Source: Chthonomonadales bacterium
GTDB taxonomy: Bacteria; Armatimonadota; Chthonomonadetes; Chthonomonadales; CAJBBX01
DNA length: 64,000 nt
Assembly (NCBI GenBank): GCA_049967475.1
Contig: JBMFSQ010000001.1
Location: 150,600 to 214,599, forward strand
Direction: 5' to 3'
The stretch's first letter is position 1; each line of letters opens with the position of its first letter. The translations under genes and the position numbers were made by a program. The notes beneath the pieces are model-generated. The model was not told the origin of the DNA. It saw only the letters and a program-made list of their open reading frames with translations, and did no database searches. Shown here piece by piece: positions 8,578 through 17,216 of this stretch.

Positions 8578-10464
8578 ATGACTACAGCATCGCCTAATAC
8601 GATCCGAGGCGTCGTCATCATGGCGGCGTGGCTGCTCGCTGCATCCGCGGCGCTGGGTGCCGGCCGTGACGACGGAGTGCGCCGGATCCCCCTGGCTGTT
8701 GGCGGCAACCTTGTGCGCGGCAGGGAGGTTGCCTGGGACGGCCGCGAAGTGTACCTTCCCATGGACGCCCTCGGGGCGTTGGGGCTCTCCGCGCGCCTGA
8801 GCAGCCGGGGAGACGTCGCTACCGTGTCGGTTGCCAGCGGGGAGCGCGTGCGCGTTGCGGTAGCGAGACCCTTAGGCCAGCCGATGCTGCCTCTATCGGA
8901 ACTCGCTGCCGCCGCTTCAGTGAAATACCGCATCACCAAGGATGGGTGCTCTATTCTCCCCATAATCCGCCGGGTTCAGGTGCAGGGACTGCGCGTTGCG
9001 GTTACAACGGCGCTCCCCATCCATGCAGAGGTCCGGCCGGCCGAAGGAGGCAAGGCGGTCACAATCCTGTTGCCTGGCGCAGCCCTCGGTGGCCCTTTAG
9101 TCCCGATGCAACACGCAGATTCCAACGGGGTGATCCGGAATGTAGCGATCCGCTCCGGAGACGACGGCGTCCGCCTGATGGTTGAGGCCAAGCTGCCCGT
9201 TCGTGCTCGCGTTGAACCTGGTACAGATCCCTGCGATGCGGTGATCGTTTTGGAGGCTGCACACGAGGAAAAGGGGGCACCCCAGCCGGTTCCTGCAGTA
9301 CAGAGTGCACCAGTCGGCGCGCAATCCACGGGAGTACAACCAGGGCCTCTGCAGAACCCAGAGCGCGTGGATGCAGGGCAGCCGCCCACAGCATCCCCGG
9401 AACGGCCTGCGTCCGGGGCCTTGGAGAACGCGTCTGCGGCGGCAACGAATACACCTGCCGGTGCGGCGAGTGCAGCGCCGCCTGCGCCGAAATCATCCGC
9501 TCAATTTGCCGGCATTGAGGTGATCCGGGACAACGATGCGCACATTCAAGTGCGGATCCACGTTCGGGGCCAAACAGAGGCAAAGGCCTCGATGCAGTGG
9601 CAACCCTGGCGACTGGTAGTGGATTTGCCCGGGGCGGTGTGTCAAACCACAGACACCGAGTGGCCTGTGAACCATCCGCTCCTCTCGGCGGTCCGGACCG
9701 TGGTGGAGGGGAATGGCCTTCTTCGCGTCATTGCCGATCTCACCCGCGTGGTGGGCTACCGCATCCATAAGGAGAGCGACGGGGACTGGGTGGTGGATCT
9801 TGGTTTGCCTCGGAACGCCGGCCGCCGCCTTTCCGAGGCGACGGTGGTGATTGACCCCGGGCACGGGGGTCCCTCTGCCACCGGGTGTTGGTGCGTGTTG
9901 GATGGGCGCAAAGTGTACGAGAAGGATATTACGCTCGCGGTGGCTTTGAAGCTTCGCGATCTGTTGACGGAGGCCGGCGCCAACGTCCTCATGACGCGTA
10001 CGGCTGATGTAGATGTGCCCCTCCACAGCCGCCCGGTATTGGCCAATGAGAACAGCGCTTCCGTGTTCGTATCCATCCACGTGGATGAGATGCCCGGGTC
10101 GTCGCGACCCTCGGGCACCACCGCATACTACCATTTCGATGATGCGGCGAGCCGGGCGCTGGCGCAGAGCATCGTGGAACACATTGCCGCCGTGAGCGGT
10201 CTGCCGAACCGGGGAGCTCGTTCAGACCGTACGTTGTACCAGAACGGCCTTGCAGTTCTAAGGGGAAGCGCAGTTCCAGCGACCTTGGTGGAACTGGCCT
10301 TCTTGAGCAACCCCTATGATCGGAAGAAGTTGCTGGATCCAGGCTTCCAGAGATTGGCGGCCCGCGCCATCGCCGACGGTATTCGGGCCTACCTCGAGGG
10401 GACGCCGGGTTCAGACACCGCATTTCCCGTTCCTCTCCCCTCGACGCTTCAGAGGCAACCGTAA
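8578..10464 (+). CDS. N-acetylmuramoyl-L-alanine amidase (Amidase_3) with AMIN-like domains
   Basis: VVIDPGHGG, EKDITL, FVSIH, LVELAFLSN; signal peptide; Pro/Ala-rich linker; RLVVDLPG AMIN motif. Confidence 0.92.
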   Translation: MTTASPNTIRGVVIMAAWLLAASAALGAGRDDGVRRIPLAVGGNLVRGREVAWDGREVYLPMDALGALGLSARLSSRGDVATVSVASGERVRVAVARPLGQPMLPLSELAAAASVKYRITKDGCSILPIIRRVQVQGLRVAVTTALPIHAEVRPAEGGKAVTILLPGAALGGPLVPMQHADSNGVIRNVAIRSGDDGVRLMVEAKLPVRARVEPGTDPCDAVIVLEAAHEEKGAPQPVPAVQSAPVGAQSTGVQPGPLQNPERVDAGQPPTASPERPASGALENASAAATNTPAGAASAAPPAPKSSAQFAGIEVIRDNDAHIQVRIHVRGQTEAKASMQWQPWRLVVDLPGAVCQTTDTEWPVNHPLLSAVRTVVEGNGLLRVIADLTRVVGYRIHKESDGDWVVDLGLPRNAGRRLSEATVVIDPGHGGPSATGCWCVLDGRKVYEKDITLAVALKLRDLLTEAGANVLMTRTADVDVPLHSRPVLANENSASVFVSIHVDEMPGSSRPSGTTAYYHFDDAASRALAQSIVEHIAAVSGLPNRGARSDRTLYQNGLAVLRGSAVPATLVELAFLSNPYDRKKLLDPGFQRLAARAIADGIRAYLEGTPGSDTAFPVPLPSTLQRQP

Positions 10465-10991
10465 TGCGAAGAGCCTTCGTAGTGCTTCTGGTTCTCGTTG
10501 CCGTAGCTGCGGGGGTGTTCGTAGCCACGCGCCGGCCCAAGCATGGCAGGGGAGGCAGCGGGTATTCTGGGAACGGCGTGGTGCGTATTCCCCGGGCGCG
10601 GGTCTCTGGAAACGAGGTAGACTTACAGAGCACACCCGTTCGCATCGGGCAGAAGGGTGATGCCATTTTGCTGGCTTTGGAGGCTGTGCTGCAGGCGAAG
10701 CCGGAGCCTGGGCAGCCTCGCATCTTTCCCCCAGGGGTGCGCGTCCTGAGCGTCCGCGTAGAAGACGGAGTTGCGAAGATCAATATGAGTGACGAATTCA
10801 ACCAGCTCAGGCAATCGGGAGACACTACAGAGGCGCTAGCCCAGCGGGCGCTCATCCAGACGCTGGCGCAGTTCCCACAGGTGCGCTCTATGCTTGTGCT
10901 GGTGGGTGGGAAGCCCTTCGAAAGCGAACATACGGATTGGACCGAACCCATACCCGTGCGCGGCGAAAGCGCATTGGGTGCACCGCAATGA
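10464..10991 (+). CDS. GerMN domain membrane-anchored protein
   Basis: N-terminal TM helix; FPPGVRVLSV..VAKINMS..LIQTLAQFPQVRSMLVLVGG. Confidence 0.85.
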   Translation: MRRAFVVLLVLVAVAAGVFVATRRPKHGRGGSGYSGNGVVRIPRARVSGNEVDLQSTPVRIGQKGDAILLALEAVLQAKPEPGQPRIFPPGVRVLSVRVEDGVAKINMSDEFNQLRQSGDTTEALAQRALIQTLAQFPQVRSMLVLVGGKPFESEHTDWTEPIPVRGESALGAPQ

Positions 10992-11905
10992 CGCGGTCGA
11001 ACGGCGCCGACGGGGACACACGTGGCCAGACACAGGGAACTGCAATGGAGCAGCGCCTCATTGGGGTGTTCGATTCCGGCGTCGGCGGGCTCACCGTGGC
11101 GCATTCCATCCTTCGCGTTCTGCCCGGTTACACGATGGTGTATGTGGCGGACCAGGCCCATGTGCCCTACGGCGGCCGCCCGCTGGCCGATGTGCGCGGG
11201 TTCGCTCTCGGCATCAGCCGCTTCCTTGCTGCTCGGGGATGTGGGGCTATTGTGATGGCCTGCAACATCTCCTCGGCAGTGGCGCTCGAAGGGGCACGTA
11301 CTGCCCTTGCGCCGACGCCTGTGCTTGGGGTGATTGATGCTGCGGTGGCGCGTGTGGCGCAACATGGCGGCGAGGCGGTCGGCATTCTCGCTACAGAAGG
11401 TACCGTTAGGAGTGATGTTTATCGCTCCCGCATCGCAGCGGCGTTGCCGGGCGCCGAGGTGGTCCAAGTGGCATGCCCCCGCTTCGTGCCTTTGGTGGAG
11501 GCCGGCGACTTCGAAGGCGAGGAGGCGGAAGACGCGGCGCGAGCCTATCTCGAACCGCTGGCTGCTCGGCGATGCCGCGTGGTGGTTCTTGGATGTACCC
11601 ATTACCCGTTTCTGTTGGGGGTTCTTCGGCGCGTGGCGGCAGATCTCTTCGTTGAGGAGCCCATATTCGTGGACCCGGCTGAGGAGCTGACGGAGGAGCT
11701 TGGGCGTCTGTTCGATGGCGCAGCATCGCCCGCGGCCCGGCACCATACGATGCTTACGACGGGAGATCCGGCAGCTTTCCGCCGGCAACTGGACCGGTTC
11801 TTGCCCGGCGTTCCTGTGGAGATAGGCCGTTTAGAATGGCGCCGCGGAGAACTCACGGGCGGCGCGCTGCAAACTCCTTCGCCGGCTGCGCGGATCAAGC
11901 GATGA
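10988..11905 (+). CDS. murI: Glutamate racemase
   Basis: IGVFDSGVGGLTV, PYGGR, MACN, LGCTHYP; start either 10988 (ATGA overlap) or 11045. Confidence 0.95.
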   Translation: MTRSNGADGDTRGQTQGTAMEQRLIGVFDSGVGGLTVAHSILRVLPGYTMVYVADQAHVPYGGRPLADVRGFALGISRFLAARGCGAIVMACNISSAVALEGARTALAPTPVLGVIDAAVARVAQHGGEAVGILATEGTVRSDVYRSRIAAALPGAEVVQVACPRFVPLVEAGDFEGEEAEDAARAYLEPLAARRCRVVVLGCTHYPFLLGVLRRVAADLFVEEPIFVDPAEELTEELGRLFDGAASPAARHHTMLTTGDPAAFRRQLDRFLPGVPVEIGRLEWRRGELTGGALQTPSPAARIKR

Positions 11906-12599
11906 GCGAGGATACCCGCTTCTGACGGGCCCAAGCTGGAACGGCGAAGGCGCAGGCGAACTCCGAGCCAATCTGCAGGCCGCGCGTCCTGGCGAGGGAT
12001 TTGTAGTATTCCACATACCTGAAGGTGGGCCACTCGCCTCGGAAGAGACCGTAGCACCGAACCATTTGCTCCCAAAGCTCGATGTCGGCCTCGTCAATCT
12101 CCAGGAAGAGCTCGGGTACGAAATCTCTGGCGTCTTCCCAGTTCTCGGCAAAGAGGATCCGTTGCACGGAATGGGCCGGAAGCGGCCGCCGGAAAGACCG
12201 GAGTGCGGCGAAGAAGTGCGCCTGCATCACATTGAAGTGGGCAGCCTCGTGATCCTTGTGGATGCTGCTGCCCCAATGCGTCAGAACCACGCTGGGCCGG
12301 CATGCGCGGATCACGTCGCAGATCTCCTCTTGGACCTGTTGGAGCACGGGCAATTCGCCATCCGGGTAGGGCAGGATTGCAACCTGAGCCTGAAGCACCT
12401 TAGCGGCTTCCATCGCTTCGCGGCGCTTTTGGCGTGCGTAGGTGTCTGCGGGAAGCGTTGGGTGCCCGCGTTCGCCCAGCGTCAGATGAAGCATGGCCAC
12501 ACGATGGCCTCGCCTCACGTGGTGGCACAGAGCCATTCCGGCGGAGATTTCCGCGTCTCCCGCATGCCCGCCGATTGCGAGAAGATCCACCTGCTGCAT
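11895..12599 (-). CDS. PIG-L/LmbE-family deacetylase
   Basis: LAIGGHAGDAE, HLTLGERG, LPYPDGEL, THW..HKDH. Confidence 0.85.
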   Translation of the reverse strand: MQQVDLLAIGGHAGDAEISAGMALCHHVRRGHRVAMLHLTLGERGHPTLPADTYARQKRREAMEAAKVLQAQVAILPYPDGELPVLQQVQEEICDVIRACRPSVVLTHWGSSIHKDHEAAHFNVMQAHFFAALRSFRRPLPAHSVQRILFAENWEDARDFVPELFLEIDEADIELWEQMVRCYGLFRGEWPTFRYVEYYKSLARTRGLQIGSEFACAFAVPAWARQKRVSSLIA

Positions 12600-12637
12600 G
12601 AATGCGCGCCCTCTTCCTCCGTTGTACTGACGCAGGG

Positions 12638-12665
12638 ATTCATCGCCGGCGGGTTTGTTCCCTTC
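12638..12665 (-). promoter_or_regulatory. Sigma-H-like promoter motif
   Basis: GAAGGG-N18-GAAT, 38 nt upstream of ATG 12599. Confidence 0.5.
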
Positions 12666-12894
12666 AGCCCGGCGCCGATGGCGGGAGCCTGCGGTTCCTG
12701 CCGCATCTCCTGCTTGGATTGCGGCGCCAGATGCTTCCACGGCGACACGCCGCGCGAACTGAACCCGGGGAGTTCTGCACGGAAGTATGGCCGATGCGGG
12801 CAGGCGGGGCGGCAAGCTCCAGTGCCGGCCGCGATGTCCTGGCAGCTGTGCGGAGAGAGGGCGGTTACCGGGGTTAAGGAGCTTTGCGTTGATG

Positions 12895-13527
12895 CTAGGA
12901 TGAGGACTTTATGGATTGGTAGACGGCCTGTGCGATCTCGAGTACGTTCTGGAACGTTTCTTGCCCGCCATCGTCATCCGGCGGCACCACGGCGTACACT
13001 CGCACCAGATTGATGGGGTGGCCCGTAGCCGTGGCTTTCCACACCGTCCAGGACGAACGGATCGGCGCGAGGTAACCGCCGCTTGCCACCGACGGCGCAA
13101 AGGCCTTCTTGTCGGCTCCCTGCATCCAATAGAGCATAATGAGCTGGGCTCCGCGCTTGCGGAACACCATCCCCCGTGCGAATTCGCCGGGGCCTCCCAG
13201 CGGCACGCGGCGGGTTCCAGTGAGCACAAAGCCCGATCCTACGCCGCAGTCACGTGGGTCATGGAAGGTATGGCGGGACGTGGCGCTAACGATGAGGGCG
13301 TAAACACGGTTGCCGAATGGGTCTGCGTATTCCCTGAGGACGTAGTTTGGCCGCGCCAGGATGGCGTGTTCGTATTCAGGCAGGGTCTGGTGCCTGCCCG
13401 TCCAAAGGCCGATGTGGTCTGGGATGGGCGGAACCCAGTTGGCGGCGATGCCGAGTTTCCATCGCGCCCCGAAGGCTAGGGCGGTGGTGGCAGTGAGTAG
13501 CCACGCAAACTGTACTGCACGGTGCAT
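12895..13527 (-). CDS. Exosortase-associated EpsI-family protein
   Basis: PDHIGLWTG, REY, FHDPRDCGVGSGF, MLYW, LVRV; overlaps the 3' end of the exosortase gene. Confidence 0.8.
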   Translation of the reverse strand: MHRAVQFAWLLTATTALAFGARWKLGIAANWVPPIPDHIGLWTGRHQTLPEYEHAILARPNYVLREYADPFGNRVYALIVSATSRHTFHDPRDCGVGSGFVLTGTRRVPLGGPGEFARGMVFRKRGAQLIMLYWMQGADKKAFAPSVASGGYLAPIRSSWTVWKATATGHPINLVRVYAVVPPDDDGGQETFQNVLEIAQAVYQSIKSSS

Positions 13528-14408
13528 ACCTTGTTGATCCTGAGTACGCGAGCCCACAACAGCATTGCCGCAAAGGCCAGGGCGGTGAAGAGCCAGGAAT
13601 TGGCGTCATGGAGCATCGCGGCGAGGTCGTGATCGTAATAGGCTACGGCGCCCATGGCCATGATGCGCAGGATATTGATGAGGACGGCCGTTGCAACGGA
13701 ATAGCAGCAGAGCAGGATCCGCTTGATCCACGTGGCTTCCATGAGCATGAGGAGCCAAATCGTTATGACGAGTACCGGCAGGAGCAATCCCAGGCCGCTG
13801 CAAGCCGGAGTAATCTCGAGGCGATAGTCGTTGATCACGAGGTAATTCCCCTCGGTGCCGATGGGAAGGTGCATCAGGCGGAGGATTTCGCCTGCGGCAG
13901 TGGTGCTGGCAAGCTGGAGCCTGGCGGTTGCCTTGTCTATAATCGATTCCTGCAGCGGTGCCGCCGTCAGGAGGAACAGCAGGGGCCCGCGGAGAGCCCT
14001 GAGCATGGGGATGCCGTACAGATAGTAAACCGCGCCTGCCAGGATGAGAATGGCTGCGACTACGGATAATCCAGGAATCTCCGGGGGATAGGCCAGGATC
14101 ATGAGCACACAGCCCGAGGCTGCGAGCCAGATGGTCCCTTGTGCCTGAGCTGCAGTTCGCGCGGCAAGATCTGCAAGCGCTTTTCGGCGCGTCCACACGA
14201 GATAGGCCACCGCAAAGGGGACGAGCGGCTGGTATGCCTGAGGGGAGTCGGGAGCGCTCCAGATCGAGAGGCACCATAGTACGGGTTGGTAAAGCAGCGC
14301 TGCCGACACCGCGGCGATCCAGATCCAGGTGCGATAGGGACGGATGGTCTGGATAGCGTTACCCCAGAAGGCCGGGCGAGGCGGCAAGGCCAAGTCCTTT
14401 ATCTGCAT
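13476..14408 (-). CDS. Exosortase/archaeosortase family protein
   Basis: Polytopic membrane protein with catalytic-triad motifs ITPACSG (Cys), NILR (Arg), LHD (His). Confidence 0.9.
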   Translation of the reverse strand: MQIKDLALPPRPAFWGNAIQTIRPYRTWIWIAAVSAALLYQPVLWCLSIWSAPDSPQAYQPLVPFAVAYLVWTRRKALADLAARTAAQAQGTIWLAASGCVLMILAYPPEIPGLSVVAAILILAGAVYYLYGIPMLRALRGPLLFLLTAAPLQESIIDKATARLQLASTTAAGEILRLMHLPIGTEGNYLVINDYRLEITPACSGLGLLLPVLVITIWLLMLMEATWIKRILLCCYSVATAVLINILRIMAMGAVAYYDHDLAAMLHDANSWLFTALAFAAMLLWARVLRINKVCTVQYSLRGYSLPPPP

Positions 14409-14441
14409 CGTTGGTTCGGCGTCCTTACGCGGCGAGAAGTG

Positions 14442-15434
14442 CTACAGGCGCCCGCGGGTGAAGCGGAGCAATTCCCCAACAGCTATGCGACCGCTGAACG
14501 GGTATTCCTCTCTTACTATACCCACCCCGGGCGCAAGCCAAACACGCGATTGATAGCGCATCTCATTTCTGGGGGTGTAAGCGGTTACCAAGATCCTGAG
14601 GCGGTAGGCATCGAAGGTCCCGGCGGGCGTGTCCACATGGTCCACGCAGCATACCTTGCACACTGCAGTGGCAGGGGTCTCGCCTTTCGGAAAAACCAAC
14701 TTGCCGGACCACGAGAGTTCTTGGCCCGGCTGGATGGGATACCTAAGGAGCGGCATTGGGGGATCCAGGCGTGTTTGTGCGTGGGGACCTACAGCAAGGC
14801 GATCTACGCCTTGAGGGCTGACGCCATATGCTTTCTCTTGAACCGGGCGGCCGCCGCTGAGGGTTTGCAGTATGTAGGCGGGTTCTCCTGCGAACCTCTC
14901 GAGACCCGCGGAAACAGTGTCCATCAGGAAGCTCCCCTCATCTACACGCACCAGCATCGTCCACCGGTCCCCTTTTGCTACGGGAAAGACCTCACTTGGC
15001 TTGACGGGCTTCTGCATGGTGATGGGCAGCAGCATGTCTGCATCCGGGCCGGAGGGGGTTGCGTCGCTCTCATCTTTGGCGGGGGACACGGCGAGGATCA
15101 CTGCGGCTGCGCCCGCCACGTAGAGGGCAGGTAGCGCCAACGGCCGGATGAATTCCACAAGAGGGTCCGCTACCCGTGATAAAACCGGCGACGCGGCAGC
15201 GCCGACGGCATGGATGGGTCGAAGGAACTTCAACGCGGTGCGCAGGAGGTGATACAGGAGGCCGAAGACGCGGTCAACGGCTCGCGGTGCCTGATCGAGT
15301 ATCCACAGGATAGGCCGAAAAAGGATGCGAAGGAGGCGAAAACCAGCGCCTGCAGCCATACGTACACGTTTGACTACAGGCGCTGTGAGGCGTTTCAGCC
15401 TGTTGCCGCCCAAGGAGGACCGGGTCAGCGGCAT
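14442..15434 (-). CDS. Hypothetical membrane-anchored protein with C-terminal beta-rich domain (V-x-T-P-A-G-T-F motif)
   Basis: Starts 3 nt after the upstream stop; amphipathic N-terminus, TM segment, VDTPAGTFDAYR..WLAPGVGIVR. Confidence 0.65.
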   Translation of the reverse strand: MPLTRSSLGGNRLKRLTAPVVKRVRMAAGAGFRLLRILFRPILWILDQAPRAVDRVFGLLYHLLRTALKFLRPIHAVGAAASPVLSRVADPLVEFIRPLALPALYVAGAAAVILAVSPAKDESDATPSGPDADMLLPITMQKPVKPSEVFPVAKGDRWTMLVRVDEGSFLMDTVSAGLERFAGEPAYILQTLSGGRPVQEKAYGVSPQGVDRLAVGPHAQTRLDPPMPLLRYPIQPGQELSWSGKLVFPKGETPATAVCKVCCVDHVDTPAGTFDAYRLRILVTAYTPRNEMRYQSRVWLAPGVGIVREEYPFSGRIAVGELLRFTRGRL

Positions 15435-15437
15435 ACT

Positions 15438-16148
15438 CTATTTACGGCGGCGGCGGATGGACCACATGGTGCACGCCCCACCGAAGGCCGTGATGAGCGC
15501 CACGGGAGGAAGCGGAACCGCGCCGGGGCCCTGAACCACCGCACTGAGCCCTGTGGTATCGTTGCTGCCCCAGGATGCACCGGGACCCACTACGAAATCG
15601 AAGGTGTCACCGGGCGTTCCGAGCGCGAGGATGCCGCCGTAACCGTGGTTCACATTGTAGTCGTTGATCGTCCCGTTCCAGATAGCCGTGCCATTCCTTA
15701 GGACATGCACGTCGGTGGTAGTGGGAGTAGGATCCGCGCCGTAGAACAGCCCCAGCAAGTAGTATTTACCTGCCTTCGGGGCCGTCCATAAAAGGTGCGT
15801 GTAGGTGCCGGTATTGGGCATGATGGCCAGCGATCCACCCTTGATCACCGCGGTCCCATAGTTGATAGGAACTCCGGTGGGATTGAGGGCGATGAAGGGG
15901 TCAGTGCCCGAATTGGTGCGCCAGATCTTGAGGCCCGATGGGTCCGTCACTGGCGTGTTAAAGAGAGTGATGGGGCCGCCCAACGTCGTGGAATAGCCAT
16001 AGCTCCACACCCCGTTAGGGTTGCCCGTAAGAGAGAAATCGGATTCGGCCAGATAACTCACAGGCTGGCTGGCTGCCGGGCGGCAGGCAACAAGAGAGAG
16101 GCCGGCAATTGCGCCTAAGGCCAAGAACCGCCACCGTACAAGCAACAT
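15438..16148 (-). CDS. Secreted PEP-CTERM-like protein with VPLPP sorting signal
   Basis: Signal peptide; NPNGVWSYGY domain; C-terminus AVPLPP + hydrophobic helix + RRRRK. Confidence 0.8.
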   Translation of the reverse strand: MLLVRWRFLALGAIAGLSLVACRPAASQPVSYLAESDFSLTGNPNGVWSYGYSTTLGGPITLFNTPVTDPSGLKIWRTNSGTDPFIALNPTGVPINYGTAVIKGGSLAIMPNTGTYTHLLWTAPKAGKYYLLGLFYGADPTPTTTDVHVLRNGTAIWNGTINDYNVNHGYGGILALGTPGDTFDFVVGPGASWGSNDTTGLSAVVQGPGAVPLPPVALITAFGGACTMWSIRRRRK

Positions 16149-16275
16149 TCCCTTCGTCCTCCTCTCGGTAACAGGTTTGCGTCGCGTCAAACGAACCGGT
16201 ATTTGAGCTCAGCAAGCATTGCACCTGGGCACTGTTCCTGAAAAGCGCCCATCCACCCGGATCTCACAGCCGACT

Positions 16276-16303
16276 ATTCGACGGCGCCTGCAGGATCTCC
16301 TTC
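16276..16303 (-). promoter_or_regulatory. Sigma-H-like promoter motif for the exosortase cassette
   Basis: GAAGGA-N18-GAAT. Confidence 0.5.
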
Positions 16304-16648
16304 ATGATACCCGCAAATTGCCCGCTAATGTTCCAGGTTCCGTCACTTTCCGGGTCGTGCCTCCAGCCCATCACCGCTGAGTTCGGCGCCATCGCTGCAA
16401 ATTCCTTCTTTTGCGGCAATCCAAGTAGAAGGTTTTTGCCCGCTCCGCCCGATTCTCGGCATCGAGTACGGCCCGCTTTAGATCTGCAGGAGCTTTTCTC
16501 GCGACACGCTTGAATGGAGCGGCTGCAACCGGCCGTCCATAACCGTTTGACGTATCTGGGCGGGGGAGGGTTCGCACGAGTTGCGATTTCGGGCGGAGCA
16601 GAAAAGGAAATCCAGGCCAAAGTCAAATTGGTTATGTGTTTGTTTATG

Positions 16649-16678
16649 TTGACCCTCGATTTGGCGGTATGCTATACT
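16649..16678 (+). promoter_or_regulatory. Sigma70-type promoter (extended -10)
   Basis: TTGACC-N18-TATACT with TG upstream of the -10. Confidence 0.7.
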
Positions 16679-16712
16679 TCCGTGAAGGATTGCACAGAGT
16701 CGGAGCCCGTCC

Positions 16713-17216
16713 ATGGATCCCTCGGAAGACAAATCTCTGCACCGTGTGTCCTTTGAGCGGGAGCGCGGCGTCTACGATGTGGAAGTCGTGGGCGATATCG
16801 GCCATGTGGTCGTGAAGGTTGGGGCGGAAGGAGACAGGAACGACCGCATTGCACGGCTTTTTCGGCAGGTGGCGGATGAGGGCATCCCCATATTCCTGAT
16901 CAAGCTGCACCGCTCCGCAGTGTCCTTTGCAGTGCGCGGCGATGCCTTGGAGCGCGTGGAAGCGCTTCTGACGTCCAAAGGTGAGAGATACCGCGCGCGC
17001 CGAGATTTGGCTTTGGTCAACATTATAGCGAGTTCCATGCGCGACCTCATTGGAGTGATGGTGCGCATCGGAGACGCTCTTCAGCGCGCAGGCGCCCGCG
17101 TGTTCGCAACGGGGGATTCCCATAACTCCGTGCAGTGCCTCATCGAGGAGGCCCGCGTGTCACAGGCAGTGAACGAACTGAGAGCAGAATTCGGTCTGGG
17201 ACCCGCTGATGCCTAG
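16713..17216 (+). CDS. Stand-alone ACT-domain protein resembling the aspartate kinase regulatory domain
   Basis: Two ACT-like repeats (LFRQVADEGIPIFLI; LALVNIIASSMRDLIGVMVRIGDAL..GDSHNSVQCLI); overlaps the aspartate kinase start. Confidence 0.75.
   Translation: MDPSEDKSLHRVSFERERGVYDVEVVGDIGHVVVKVGAEGDRNDRIARLFRQVADEGIPIFLIKLHRSAVSFAVRGDALERVEALLTSKGERYRARRDLALVNIIASSMRDLIGVMVRIGDALQRAGARVFATGDSHNSVQCLIEEARVSQAVNELRAEFGLGPADA

Noticed and set aside
9989..11788. 599-aa minus-strand ORF and similar long antisense ORFs (22351-23607, 31812-33143, 35141-36445, 37463-38695)
   Set aside because: They lie opposite well-supported genes and lack recognisable domains
12670..12890. GC-rich intergenic region as a possible cobalamin or other riboswitch
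   Set aside because: No B12-box or other aptamer consensus could be matched by eye
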